From the NCBI GenBank assembly GCA_002245135.1, contig NGBS01000299.1, positions 1 through 64,000 on the forward strand: 64,000 bases of DNA, read 5' to 3'. This DNA is from Proteromonas lacertae. Its lineage: Eukaryota. Of this stretch, positions 52,774 through 64,000 are shown one piece after another; positions within the stretch are counted from its first letter, which is position 1, and every line of letters begins with the position of its first letter. The notes under the pieces are model-generated. The model ran no database searches and was not told the DNA's origin. It was given only the letters and a program-made list of their open reading frames with translations. A program made the translations under genes and the position numbers.

Positions 52774-55567
52774 CTACAACATCTCCATAAAATGAACTAT
52801 TGGTATTCTTTCCAATTCATCATCAATTCTTAATGGTTTTACTACAATTTTGCAGAAAGGTCCAAATAATTGATCATCCACTAATATTGGGAATGATTTG
52901 CCTGTAATCGTGATTTCATCAACATCAAATCTATCTCCAGTCTCAACCATCATCTTTCTAATACTAACATAATCATCTTTACCTTTAACAACCAAACTTA
53001 ATGGGAATTTAGGAGAAAATTCAATCATATGACAATGTAAAGATGGATCTGTTGGTTTGGTATGATTATACATATGATCTTCTGGATTTGGCATATTAGA
53101 AATAACAATTCTAGTATAAGACTTTTCTTCAAGACCACTATAACCATCTTCTTGTAAATATTCAACTTTAACTTTTCCAGTTGAAAAGTATTGTGACTTT
53201 TGAAATCCCACTTTTGTTAAATTATCTAAATAATCACTACTTGGTTTTCCATATTCAGCAACTGTTCCTGTAATTGATCCTAATTCTACTCTTGTCAAAA
53301 AGGGAATAACAATGTCAGATTGTTCTTTTTCTGGATTAGTTTTCCAACATTTTACTTTAAATAATTGATAAAGCGAAACATATTGAGGTGATTGAAATAA
53401 TACTTTCATTTGATTCAATTGTGCCAATTCAGGATTTTCTGCTGAAGCATATTTCTCAGGATTTGTTGGTATTTTGGAATTAATAATACTTGGAATAATT
53501 GGAACTGATGTAAACAATGTATAAAATGTTCTTCTGTATATTTTATCAGTCATTGCTAAATATTGTGCTAAATAATTACATCCATTTGGTAATATTATGA
53601 ATCTATAATCAATAGCTAAAGACTTTTACATCTTCTAATATTCTGTACATACAGTAAGAAGTCACCATTTTGTGTATAATTTCATTATCACCATAATAAC
53701 AGATATTCAATGAAGGTAATGAATGATTTGGTTGATTTAAGTATTGAGGTATTTCTAACTGTGCTATGTTAGATAGATAAACTAACATATTAACAGCTGT
53801 ATCACAATATTGAGAGAATCTTTTATAGTCTGAAGGATTACATAAGATATTTAACTCATTTTTTAATGAATTCAACAAATCTAACAAAAGATAAGATATA
53901 GATATATTAAAATATACTGTAAAATTCACATGGCTTTAATATAGTTAATGGATCAACAGCTGTTTGCATATTTAATTTACTATTTATACATTATAATAAT
54001 AAAAATAACTTCAAATATACTCTGTTTTTATTGGTATAAGAGTAGTTGATTCAACCACTTTGTATTTAGTACTTTTATCTTTTTGAATGATTTTATCAAT
54101 ATACATTTTATGACTCTTTTTTCTTTCTTCTTCAGCTTCTTTTGGTGAAGATCTAATAAACATAATAATAAACAATAATAATATACTTTTCTAAACTTTC
54201 AAGTTCATTCTTTCTAATATCATTAATAATCTCACATATTGAATTAAAATCTAAAGTATTAAGAGCTATTTGAAGACTTGGAGTTATATCATAAAATATT
54301 GATAAATAATCTATTAATATTTTATTATATATAATATAATACGTTCAATCATTTGACTAACACATTCTTTCATATAATTCATATATTGAATACCAGATGT
54401 TATGTTATTATTCAACAATAGAGAATATTGTACAGTTGTTTGAAAGTTTGGTATATTATGAAATATATGGAATGTGTTTTGCAATAAACATCCATTCATT
54501 GTAAATGATATTTTATCTGGAGATGATAATGTTTCATAATATGGACTTAGTAATATTTGATTATGAAATATAACATCATGAACTGCATATCCTTCATCTG
54601 AAATTTCATTATGAAGTAATTCTATGAATTCAGTAAGTTGAACATTGTTTTTGAAAGATTCTTTGGATAACAATGGATTTAATATATCATTGATTTGATT
54701 TAACACTCCTTCTGGGTAATAAGGTGTCTATAAATAATAATAATAATAATATTTATACAGCCAAAAACATATCATGAAATAATGTCAAACAGATTGGTAA
54801 TTCATTTTGAGATTTAATACCATTCTAATATTATATTTTTGTAAATATATTTATTAATTATATACATTTATTTGCTCAATGTTCTCTTTAGCTTTTTCAA
54901 TCACATTTGACCATAATAATTCTATTTCATTGTTGTTCTGTAAAGACCAAATTATATAGAAAAATGGATAATAATTCAAATCTAAATTGATATATGAATA
55001 TATTTTATACAATAAGGTTCTACATCAGGATATGTTTCAGTGATAAATGTTGGTCCAGATGAATATTCGAAATAATCAGAAACTGATTGTGGAATCAACA
55101 TTTTTGGATCACTAGCACTTTTGATGTAGTACATCAGTATATGATCGATGAACTGATCTTCCTTTTCTTCATTACGAGTTTTCAACCAATTTGAAATAGC
55201 TAAAGCGAATGGCGGAGAAGATGCATTAATCTTTACAAATAAAGACAAATATTGTAGTGTAAATGCTATTGAGAGTAATGTCTTCTGTGTCATAGTAGAT
55301 TCATCTTCAACAGTATTCTCATTCCATAACAACAACACTTTATTGACAAGAAAAGCAGCATATTTGGCAGCAACATCTGGATCTTCCAAATTTTTCCAAA
55401 AGTCGATAAAGTCTTCATCTTTTAGACGAGATGTATCAACTTTTGACTTTGCTTCAAAATCAAAAACTCTTTCACATAGTTCCAAACTAATTCCAAGTTT
55501 TTCGTTCTATTTAAGTTATAATATACCCATTTTAGAATTATCATACTTGCTTTAAGGCTTTGGACAT
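52774..55567 (-). CDS. PI3K class IB regulatory subunit (p101/p87, PIK3R5/6)-like protein
   Basis: Ordered motifs resembling p101 as I recall it: LNICYYGDNEIIHKMVTSY (cf. LRVVVFGSDRISGKVARAY), NYLAQYLAMTDKIYRR (cf. NDISHYLGMLDPWYER), PFLTRVELG (cf. IFIHSLELG), terminal IPIVHF (cf. LPIMTF). Many introns; probable extra base near 53595. Confidence 0.6.
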
Positions 55568-55660
55568 AAAATCTTTCTTTTTAGTATGTTTGATTACTCT
55601 CAAATCAAGCCGTCATCAAGCAAAAAATTCAAATTTGATTTAAAAATTGTACTTTTCTTG

Positions 55661-58600
55661 ATGAGCGAAGTGAATATTGTGAATATTAAATCTCCTAATG
55701 TATTTACAGCTCAAAATTCAATTAATTTAATGAGGAGTATTAATGTTAGTTACCTTTTTAGCGTCATTACGAAATGCAACAAAATACTATGTAGATAATT
55801 GTAATACTGAATCATTGGACATATGTAGAAAAATCTACCAACTAGATCCAGAGAATATAGAGAATTTGTTTTTAATAGTCGCTAATAATTTAGCAATAAA
55901 AGATTCAGATCAAGCAATATATTATGCAAAGCAGATAATCCAATTAAATCCTAATTCTGGAGGTATAATAATAATTTAATAATTATTTGTTAATAGAAGC
56001 ATATCACAATTTAGGAAACGCATATTGTCAAAAAAGACAGTTCAATGAGGCTATATTTTGTTATAATAAATCGAATTGAAATCAATCCATTTTATATAAA
56101 CTCGTATTACATTTATCTAGTTATTTCATTATAGATATAGAAATATTGTTGTTGTTTATTTGTCACTAGGAGATATTAGTAATGCAATTAAATCATATGA
56201 AACAGTAATAGATATTTACCCTCATCCATCTGTGTATTGTGATATTGGTTTTCTATACAATAAAATTGTATATTTTTAATACATATTTTTATTTTTTATT
56301 TTTATATAGAATAATAAACAAAAAGCAAAATATTACTTATATGAATGTATAAAATGTAATAAAGATTGTTTATATGCTTACAATTTGCTTGGAATTATTC
56401 TATTTGAAGAAGATCACTTCACTGAATGTCTAGATGTATTATTTCACTCTTATCATCAAAATAACAACAATATTGACACTTTAATCAATATGGGGAATGT
56501 TTATCAAGTATATATCAATATTAATATATGATGATTATTATTATTTAATAAAATAGAAATTAAATCAATTTGACAATGCTATTACATTCTACACTAAAGC
56601 TATGCAATTAGATCCTTCCAATTGGTTAATTTATAATAATATTGGTAGTTGTCATTATCATCAAGGTAATTACAACATAGCAGAGGAAATGTACTTTAAA
56701 GCAATAGAGTGTAATAAAGAGTGTAGTATTATTTACAATAACTTGGGGAATTTATATAAAGAATTGGATAGAAATAAAGAAGCTTTGGAATATTATTATC
56801 TTTGGTTTGAAGTTACAATGAAAATGATATGGATTGTTATAATAATATTGGTAACTTATTTAGAGTATGATAATATATATATATATATCATAGAAATTAA
56901 ATAAAAATAATGAAGCATTAAAGAGTTATTTGTTTGCACATAATCACAATCCTCATAATATAACATACATGAGAAATATTGCAATAATATATAATGAGAT
57001 GAATATGTTGAATGAAGCTTATAATATGTATATAAAGATACTAAAAGTACAACCAAAGAACTATGAAATATATACTGAAATTGGTGATATATATTATTCA
57101 ATACATAAATATGAAGAAGCGTTTATATTCTATGATAAATCAATGAATATAAATCCAAATAAATACAGCATAAGGAAAATAGTTCCAATATTCAGAAATC
57201 TATCAAAATATAGTGAAGGGATAGAATATTGTTTAAAATATTCAAATAATTATGAACATTCACCAATATTGCTAATATCATTAACACAATTATATCTGGA
57301 TATTGCTGATTATAGTGAATATAATAAGTGTATTTTTATTATTATTATTAATTTGTAATAGATTTGAATAGAATATTTCCTTTTATTGAGAATGAAATGA
57401 CAAATTTAGAAATACTTCCAACAATGGATTCTTCAAATTTATCCTTGCTTTATACTTTAGATAATTCATTATTAAGTGAAATATATAGAAGATATTGTCA
57501 GAATTATATACATTTAACACAAAAACCAGATAGTAATGATGATATACGAAAGAGCAATAAAATAGTTGAAAAAAAGAAAGAAAATATCATCATAATTGGT
57601 TATATTACATCAGAATTAGATGATCAATTCATTTTATATTTAATATATCATATACTCAATAATCATGATAAAACAAAATGCAAAGTCATTTTCTTTACAA
57701 CCAACAGATTAGAACCAAGTCAGTATAATGATAAGTTATTTATAAAAGAGAAATGTCATGAATATATATCATTATATTCAAATGATGCAGAATTCAATTC
57801 AAATATTGTAAAATCTCATAAAGTATCTATTCTTATTCATATTGGTATATCTTTAACACATCAAATTGGAATGATATTTGCATATCATCCTTGTCCAATT
57901 CAAGTATCTTATATGAATAATTTTATTACTCATTCTAATTCTATTTTTCAATATCTTTTATCTTCTCCTTCTATTATCATAACTGATGATGAATCACAGT
58001 TCATAAATTTACCATCCTATATTCCATTTATACCATATTATAACAACAATAAAACTAGAAATGAATTAAGAAAAGCATTAAATCTAAATACAGATAAACT
58101 AATACTTGGATGTTATTCAACCTACAATTTAATCACCATTGAAGTTTTACATATTTGGTTCAAACTATTGAAAAGTTCAAAGAATATATTATTATTACTG
58201 ATAAAATATAATAACGAAGGCGCAATAAACATTTTAAAAGAAGCTACAAACTATGAAGTAAATGATCAGGTGTTATTTCTACCTCCAATAAATAATAATA
58301 ATGAAAGTGAAATGGTTTATTATTATTGTAAATTGATTGATATTTATATGGATACTACATTAGGCTATTAATTATTCATATTTATTTGGTTTATTTCAAT
58401 GTTTTTGTCCAATAATATCAGTGACAGGAAAGAATATAAACACTCAAATCATTTGGAGTATGTATAAATTATTGGATATAAAAGATTTACAGCTATACAC
58501 AATGTTAGAATATTATGAAAAAGCATTATACTTTTCACAGAACTACAGAGCTCTTAATGAACTAAGGAATTTGATTGAAATACAAATTACGAAGAATCAT

Positions 58601-58666
58601 ACTGAAATTTTGATTCAGAATTGGATAAAAATATTGGAACTAAAAATAATATCATTTTGTAAATAA
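55661..58666 (+). CDS. TPR + GT41 (OGT/SPINDLY-like) protein with a degenerate active site; four single-base frameshifts
   Basis: Many TPRs (AYHNLGNAY, IYNNIGSCHY, YNNLGNLY). GT41 remnants IIGYITSE, IFAYHPCPIQVSYM, VLHIWFKLL, IDIYMDT, PIISVTG. Confidence 0.8.
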
Positions 58667-58739
58667 TATTTATGAATTGTTTATGGATTTAAAAAAAACA
58701 TAAATTATACAAAAAAAAACTCATTCATTAAATAAATAT

Positions 58740-59429
58740 TTAATATATTCCATATATTTTATCTTTATTGTTTGGATCAACTACTATTTCTGGTATTTTA
58801 CAAGAATCAATGATATTATCAATTATATGCTCTGGAACATCAAATAGTTTTGCGAAATATGCAGAATTATATTTATTAGAATCTTCATTATTCAATTTGA
58901 ACATTTGCATGAACTATAAATATATAAAAACATCAAATACTTGATCTTTGGTTAATGTACCTGGTTCTTCACTAATTTTACCTGGATTCAATTCATTCAT
59001 ATATTGTATTTTTGGTTTTGGCTTTTGTATTGGTTGGAATGGGAATAATTCTTCTTTAGCATTTTCATCTTTTGCTAATTCAGAATATGTTTCAAGTATA
59101 TTATCATCTGTTGCTATTAGATTCTCCAATTCACCTTTTTCAATATCTGCAAACAGTTTATCTTCAGTAATATCTAAACCTTTAATATTTTGTTTTGCTT
59201 TAGATTTTATTTCCCCTAATTTATGTATATTTCTGACTAACTCATCATTTTTTAATACTATATAATGTTAATGTAATGAAAATACTAACATCTGGTGGAA
59301 TAGTCTTTGGCAATCTACTTATTATTTTCTCTATTCAAAAGATATATCCAAACATGATAAAATACGCCTAGTAGCAACAGCTTTAGCTGGCGGTACTCTT
59401 CTAATAACCTTTCCTAAATCATTACCCAT
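58740..59429 (-). CDS. NDUFAF4-like complex I assembly factor
   Basis: N-terminal MGNDLGK; KNDELV; C-terminal PGTLTKDQ..YFAKLFDV..IDNIIDSCKIP resembles the NDUFAF4 C-terminal helical motif. Confidence 0.5.
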
Positions 59430-59603
59430 CAAGCCAAATACTTGTAAACAAACTAATGACAAGCTTTTTGTCATTTAATGCATTTAGTTTTTTCTACACA
59501 TATAACCAATCAGTATGATTTATCTTAGATAATTATGCATCTTTATCTTCTCTTTTTGCTACTCTATACATTATTTCATTCATACTAATCTTTTATAGCA
59601 AAA

Positions 59604-62287
59604 ATGCAGGATTCAGAAGGAGACAATACTAAAAAAACGGAAACATTAGCTGATGATATTCCTCCAGCCCCATCGACTGAAGACACAGAGAATATTGTAA
59701 ATGCTAGTGAAGAAGGTAAGAAAAAGAAGAAGAAGAATAAGAAGGATGATAAAAAGAAAGACACAAAGGAGGACAAAATGTCCAAACAAAGAGCAGCACT
59801 TGTAGAAAAGATTAAGAGAGAACAAGAGGAAAAAGCCAAAGCTGATGCTGAAGCTAAAGCCAAAAGAGAAGAAGAGGAAAGAAGGATAAAAGAAGAAGAA
59901 GAGCGTATAAAAAGAGAAAAAGAAGAAGCAGCAAGAAAGAAAAGAGAATTAAAAGAGAAAAAAATAGCTGAAGGAACATATCTAACAGCTGCACAAAAGA
60001 AGAAGAAAGCACAACAAGAAGCAGCTTTAAAAAGAATGCAAATGGCTTCAAATTGTATATATATATTCTATATCATTGAATAGTACTTGTACCACAATTC
60101 AATAAATCTGATTCAACAGATAATAATAGTAACAATAAAACAGATTCAAAAACACCAAATCAATCACAACAACAATCACAATCACAATCACAAGCACAAC
60201 AACAACACCAATCAAAAGTAAAGAAAAACAAGCCAAAGCCAAAAGAAAAACAAGAAACAACTGTCAATGTAGAACAAGAAGTTAAACCAAATGAACCAGT
60301 AAACTTATTAGATGAAATAGATTTGTCTAATTGGGATGAAGACGATACACTTTTAGAAGATGATACAGCAGCCAAATTAGAGAAATTAAACTTAGAAAAT
60401 AAAGGATCAAAAGATGATGAGGAAAGTGAAGATGATGAAGATAGTAATAGACCAAAAGATAAATATAGATCACCTATCTCTGTTATTATGGGACATGTTG
60501 ATACAGGTAAGACAACAATGTTAGATACAATACGAAATAGTCATGTACAACAAGGAGAAGCTGGTGGTATTACTCAACAAATTGGTGCAACATTTTTCCC
60601 CCGAAAATATTTATATGAAACTTATACATGTAAAGTGAAAGATGTGATTGAGCAAACTGATGATATTCCTGGATTATTGGTAATTGATACACCTGGACAT
60701 GAATCATTTACTAATCTACGATCTAGAGGTACTGATTTATGTGATGTAGCTATATTAGTGGTGGATATAATGCATGGATTAGAACAACAAACTTTAGAAT
60801 CATTGGAACTATTAAAACAGAAGAATACTCCATTTATTGTAGCATTGAATAAGATTGATAGAATGTATCAATGGAAAAAACATTCTCATGCTGCATTCCA
60901 TGACACATTTAAACAACAACCAAAACATACTCAAGAAGAGTTTGAAAAACGTGTAAAAGAAACAATTACTGCATTTATGGAGAAAGGATATAATGCTGCT
61001 TTATATTATGAAAACAAGAGTCCTGAAGATACAATTAATTTAGTTCCAACATCAGCAGTTACTGGTGAAGGAGTTCCAGATTTAATATCGTTGTTATTAT
61101 TAATGGCAAGGAAGAAAGTAAATAAGAAATTAGAATATAGAGATGAATTACAAGCTAATATAATGGAAGTAAATGTAGTAGCAGGACATGGTGCCACAAT
61201 TGATGTATTGTTAGTGAATGGAAAATTGAGTATTGGTGATACAATTGTAGTTTGTGGATTTAATGGTCCAATAGTAACAACCATTAGAGCGTTATTAACA
61301 CCAGAACCGTTGAAGGAAATTAGAATCAAAACTCCTTACCAACATCATAAAGTTATATATGGAGCAATGAGTGTAAAGATATCTGCTTCTGATTTAGATG
61401 ATGCTATTGCTGGTACTTCATTATTTGTATGTGAAAATCCAGAAGATCCAGATGAATTAGATGAATTAAAAGATGATGTAATGGAAGAGTATGATAGTTT
61501 GAAGAAGAGATTGACTAAATGTGATGAAGGTGTTTATGTACAAGCTTCTACTTTAGGTGCTTTAGAAGCATTGATAGAGTTTTTATCAACTTTAACACCA
61601 CCAATTCCAATAGCTAATTTTGGTGTTGGTCCTATTCATAAACGTGATATTATTCAAGCTTCAGTTATGCTTGAGAAACGAAAAGAGTTTGCAACAATAT
61701 TAGCATTTGATGTGAAGTTAGATAAAGATGCAGATGAGTATGCCAAACAGGTTGGTGTAAAGATATTTACTGCTGATATTATATACCATTTATTTGACTC
61801 ATTTACCAAGTATCTAGAAGAGATAGAAACATCTAAGAAAGCCTCTATAAAGAGTGATACTGTATTCCCATGTTTATTATCATTTGAAGAAAGAAATGTA
61901 TTTAGAAATAAAGATCCACTTGTTATTGGTGTAAGTGTAGTTAGAGGAATTCTTAAAACTGGAACTCCTATATTTGCTTATAAGAAAGATGAAACTGGTG
62001 GTGGCAAAAGAATTATTAGTTTGGGACGTGTTGCTTCTATTGAAGTGAATCATAAACAAGTGAATAACATACGTCCTGGAGGTAATGATGTTGCAATTAG
62101 TATAAATTCTACTAATGAAGAAGAACATCATGTTATGTATGGTAGACAGTTTGATAATACATATGCATTATATAGTAAGATTAGTAGAACTACCATTGAT
62201 TGTTTGAAAGACCATTATAGAGGTGAGATGCTTCCTGATGATTGGAAATTGATTATGGAATTAAAGAATATATTGGATATTATATAA
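59604..62287 (+). CDS. EIF5B: Translation initiation factor eIF5B
   Basis: Charged N-terminus; intron 60055-60083; RSPISVIMGHVDTGKT, GEAGGITQQIGAT, DTPGHESF, NKID, VQASTLGALEAL, SKISRTTID. Confidence 0.97.
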
Positions 62288-62441
62288 ATAATACGAATGA
62301 AAGACAAATACAAACTGAATTAATTATTTTTTTCTATTTTTTTGTTATTTCCTTAATTTTTGAGGGTTTTTGGATTTGTATCTAATGTATTTGGCATTGG
62401 ATTACCAAATTTATTCTCAAAAATAACCTGATCTATTATAA

Positions 62442-63281
62442 TTAATGATATGTAATGATACTTGGTAGATATCTTGCTGATTCAAACACATGAGCATCTG
62501 GAGCAGCATATCCTACAGCACAAACAGTAGAAACTTGATATCCAGGTGGAACATTAAATACATTTGCTAATTTATCTTTCATTAAACCAGCCATGACCAA
62601 TGTTGCTAATCCATAAGCAGTACATAAATTTATAAATGATCCAATTACTAAACCAACATTTTCTTCAGCATACGCAAGAGAAGGAATATTCATATTCTTT
62701 GGAAGATTTTTCATACATATATTTGGTGGAAATACATTTTGAACTATAATATCAATGTATATAATATTATTAATAATAATTATACAAAATGTAACTTGCT
62801 TATCTATTTTTTCTTGAGGAGTATTTGATCTTTTCAACATTTTTTCATATATATCTAAATTTTGACATGGATCTATAATTAATTTACTTAAATATATCAA
62901 ATACTAGTATCACATAAAAAAGTGACAAAGGCTGAAGCATTTTTTGTTGAAGTTGAATTACCTCCAGCCAAACATTTTCTAACTTCATCTTTCATAGTTT
63001 TATCTCTTGTAACAATAATACGATATGGTTGTATATTCATACTGGTGCACATTCTCTAAATATGTTACTAATAACTTATACTTGTGAATATCCTAATATT
63101 CTTTCTAAATGACCTTCTTCAATAGGTTTATCAATAAATTTTCTACAACTGAATCTAGAAGAAGCTATTCTTTCAGCTACCACTCCCATTTCTGGCTATA
63201 AATTGATGAAATAATAAACATTGGTTATACAATCTTTGAAACAGTGGAAAATGACGTTTTAAATAGATATCTACTTAGCAT
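62442..63281 (-). CDS. FMN-dependent nitroreductase with a putative mitochondrial-type presequence
   Basis: MLSRYLFKTSFSTVSK|; SRFSCRKFIDKPIEE..ERIL; TSMNIQPYRIIV; TAYGLAT; VCAVGYA. Confidence 0.85.
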
Positions 63282-63385
63282 TTCAAAAAACAAAAATGTA
63301 TTTCTAAATTATAGTCCGTTTTTATGTCTTTTTTGGGTGTAGGAAAAATACAAAACTTTTCGTTATTAATTTATTATTTTTAAAA

Positions 63386-64000
63386 ATGCTCATGAAATAT
63401 TTATTTATTTTAGCATTATTGATGTGCTGTTGTAGGAGCGATGGGAGACTGTACGATTGATCATATTAATATCTCTATAGAAACGATGAATTGTGTTCTT
63501 ATGAAATGGTTGAAAAATCAGCTGAAACAGTTTTTTCTTACTTAGAGAATAACTTGGATACAATACAGAGCATATTGATGTTATTTTCACAATATGAACC
63601 TTTAGATTACTTGAATGCTAGTTCGAAGGATGTTACATTTCAAAAATGTGGTAATATAGAGGATAATTCTTACGAAAACGAATGGTTTGAGTATAATAAT
63701 ATTTCAATTATTCAACAAAAGAATAATTCAGCTATTTTTGATGAAGAATTATTCGAACAGTTATACACCAAAGTAGCGTTGCAGATAAAAGGATAGTATT
63801 TTTTATAATAGTTATGCTTTTTTATTAGTTTATTTGTTGTTAATTATGCAGTTCCAGGAAGTCATGGAATCGTTGTTATTCTTGGTGATGAGAATCCTAT
63901 GTTGGGTATATATATATATATAATTTTATTAATAGTCCGATTTGCATATGAATATTACACTAGAGACTATATTTGTGGTGTAAAAACAAATATGTATAAA
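63386..64000 (+). CDS. Putative secreted hypothetical protein, truncated by the window end
   Basis: Signal-like MKYLFILALLMCCCRS. Introns at ~63451, 63797 and 63906 keep an open frame. Confidence 0.55.

Noticed and set aside
5953..62131. Antisense or alternate-frame ORFs in the track (e.g. 5953, 7308, 16594, 16643, 17508, 23401, 26541, 38078, 58948, 59585, 61006)
   Set aside because: Shadow ORFs of real low-complexity or codon-biased genes, with no independent motifs.
1..64000. tRNA, rRNA or snRNA genes, telomeric repeats, intact transposons
   Set aside because: None recognised by eye. A covariance-model search (tRNAscan-SE, Infernal) would be needed to exclude small RNAs in the 7.9-12.8 kb gap.

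Overview
Very AT-rich, gene-dense eukaryotic nuclear DNA in the standard genetic code. Most spliceosomal introns are short (about 24-45 nt, GTAT...TAG), so the ORF track splits most genes, and I re-assembled them by hand. Gene content fits a flagellated, gut-dwelling protist with a mitochondrion-related organelle. An Opalinata stramenopile such as Proteromonas is my inference, not a demonstrated assignment. Recognisable genes: DNAAF3, sialate O-acetylesterase, Nup98-96, FabF/OXSM, serine acetyltransferase, dynein light intermediate chain, an M11-like membrane metalloprotease, an LTA4H-type M1 aminopeptidase, a PI3K p101/p87-like adaptor, a degenerate OGT/SPY-like protein, an NDUFAF4-like protein, eIF5B and a nitroreductase. 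Four observations stand out. (1) One spliced gene fuses a signal peptide and a Venus-flytrap ligand-binding domain directly to a CPA1 Na+/H+ exchanger, a candidate ligand-gated antiporter. (2) A class C GPCR carries at least four tandem bacterial UrtA/AmiC-type binding domains. (3) Nine members of an uncharacterised paralog family lie in the window. (4) The FabF gene has a probable U12-like AT-AA intron. Several genes are broken by single-base homopolymer insertions, most likely assembly errors. The stretch at about 7.8-12.8 kb is a pseudogene/relic zone.
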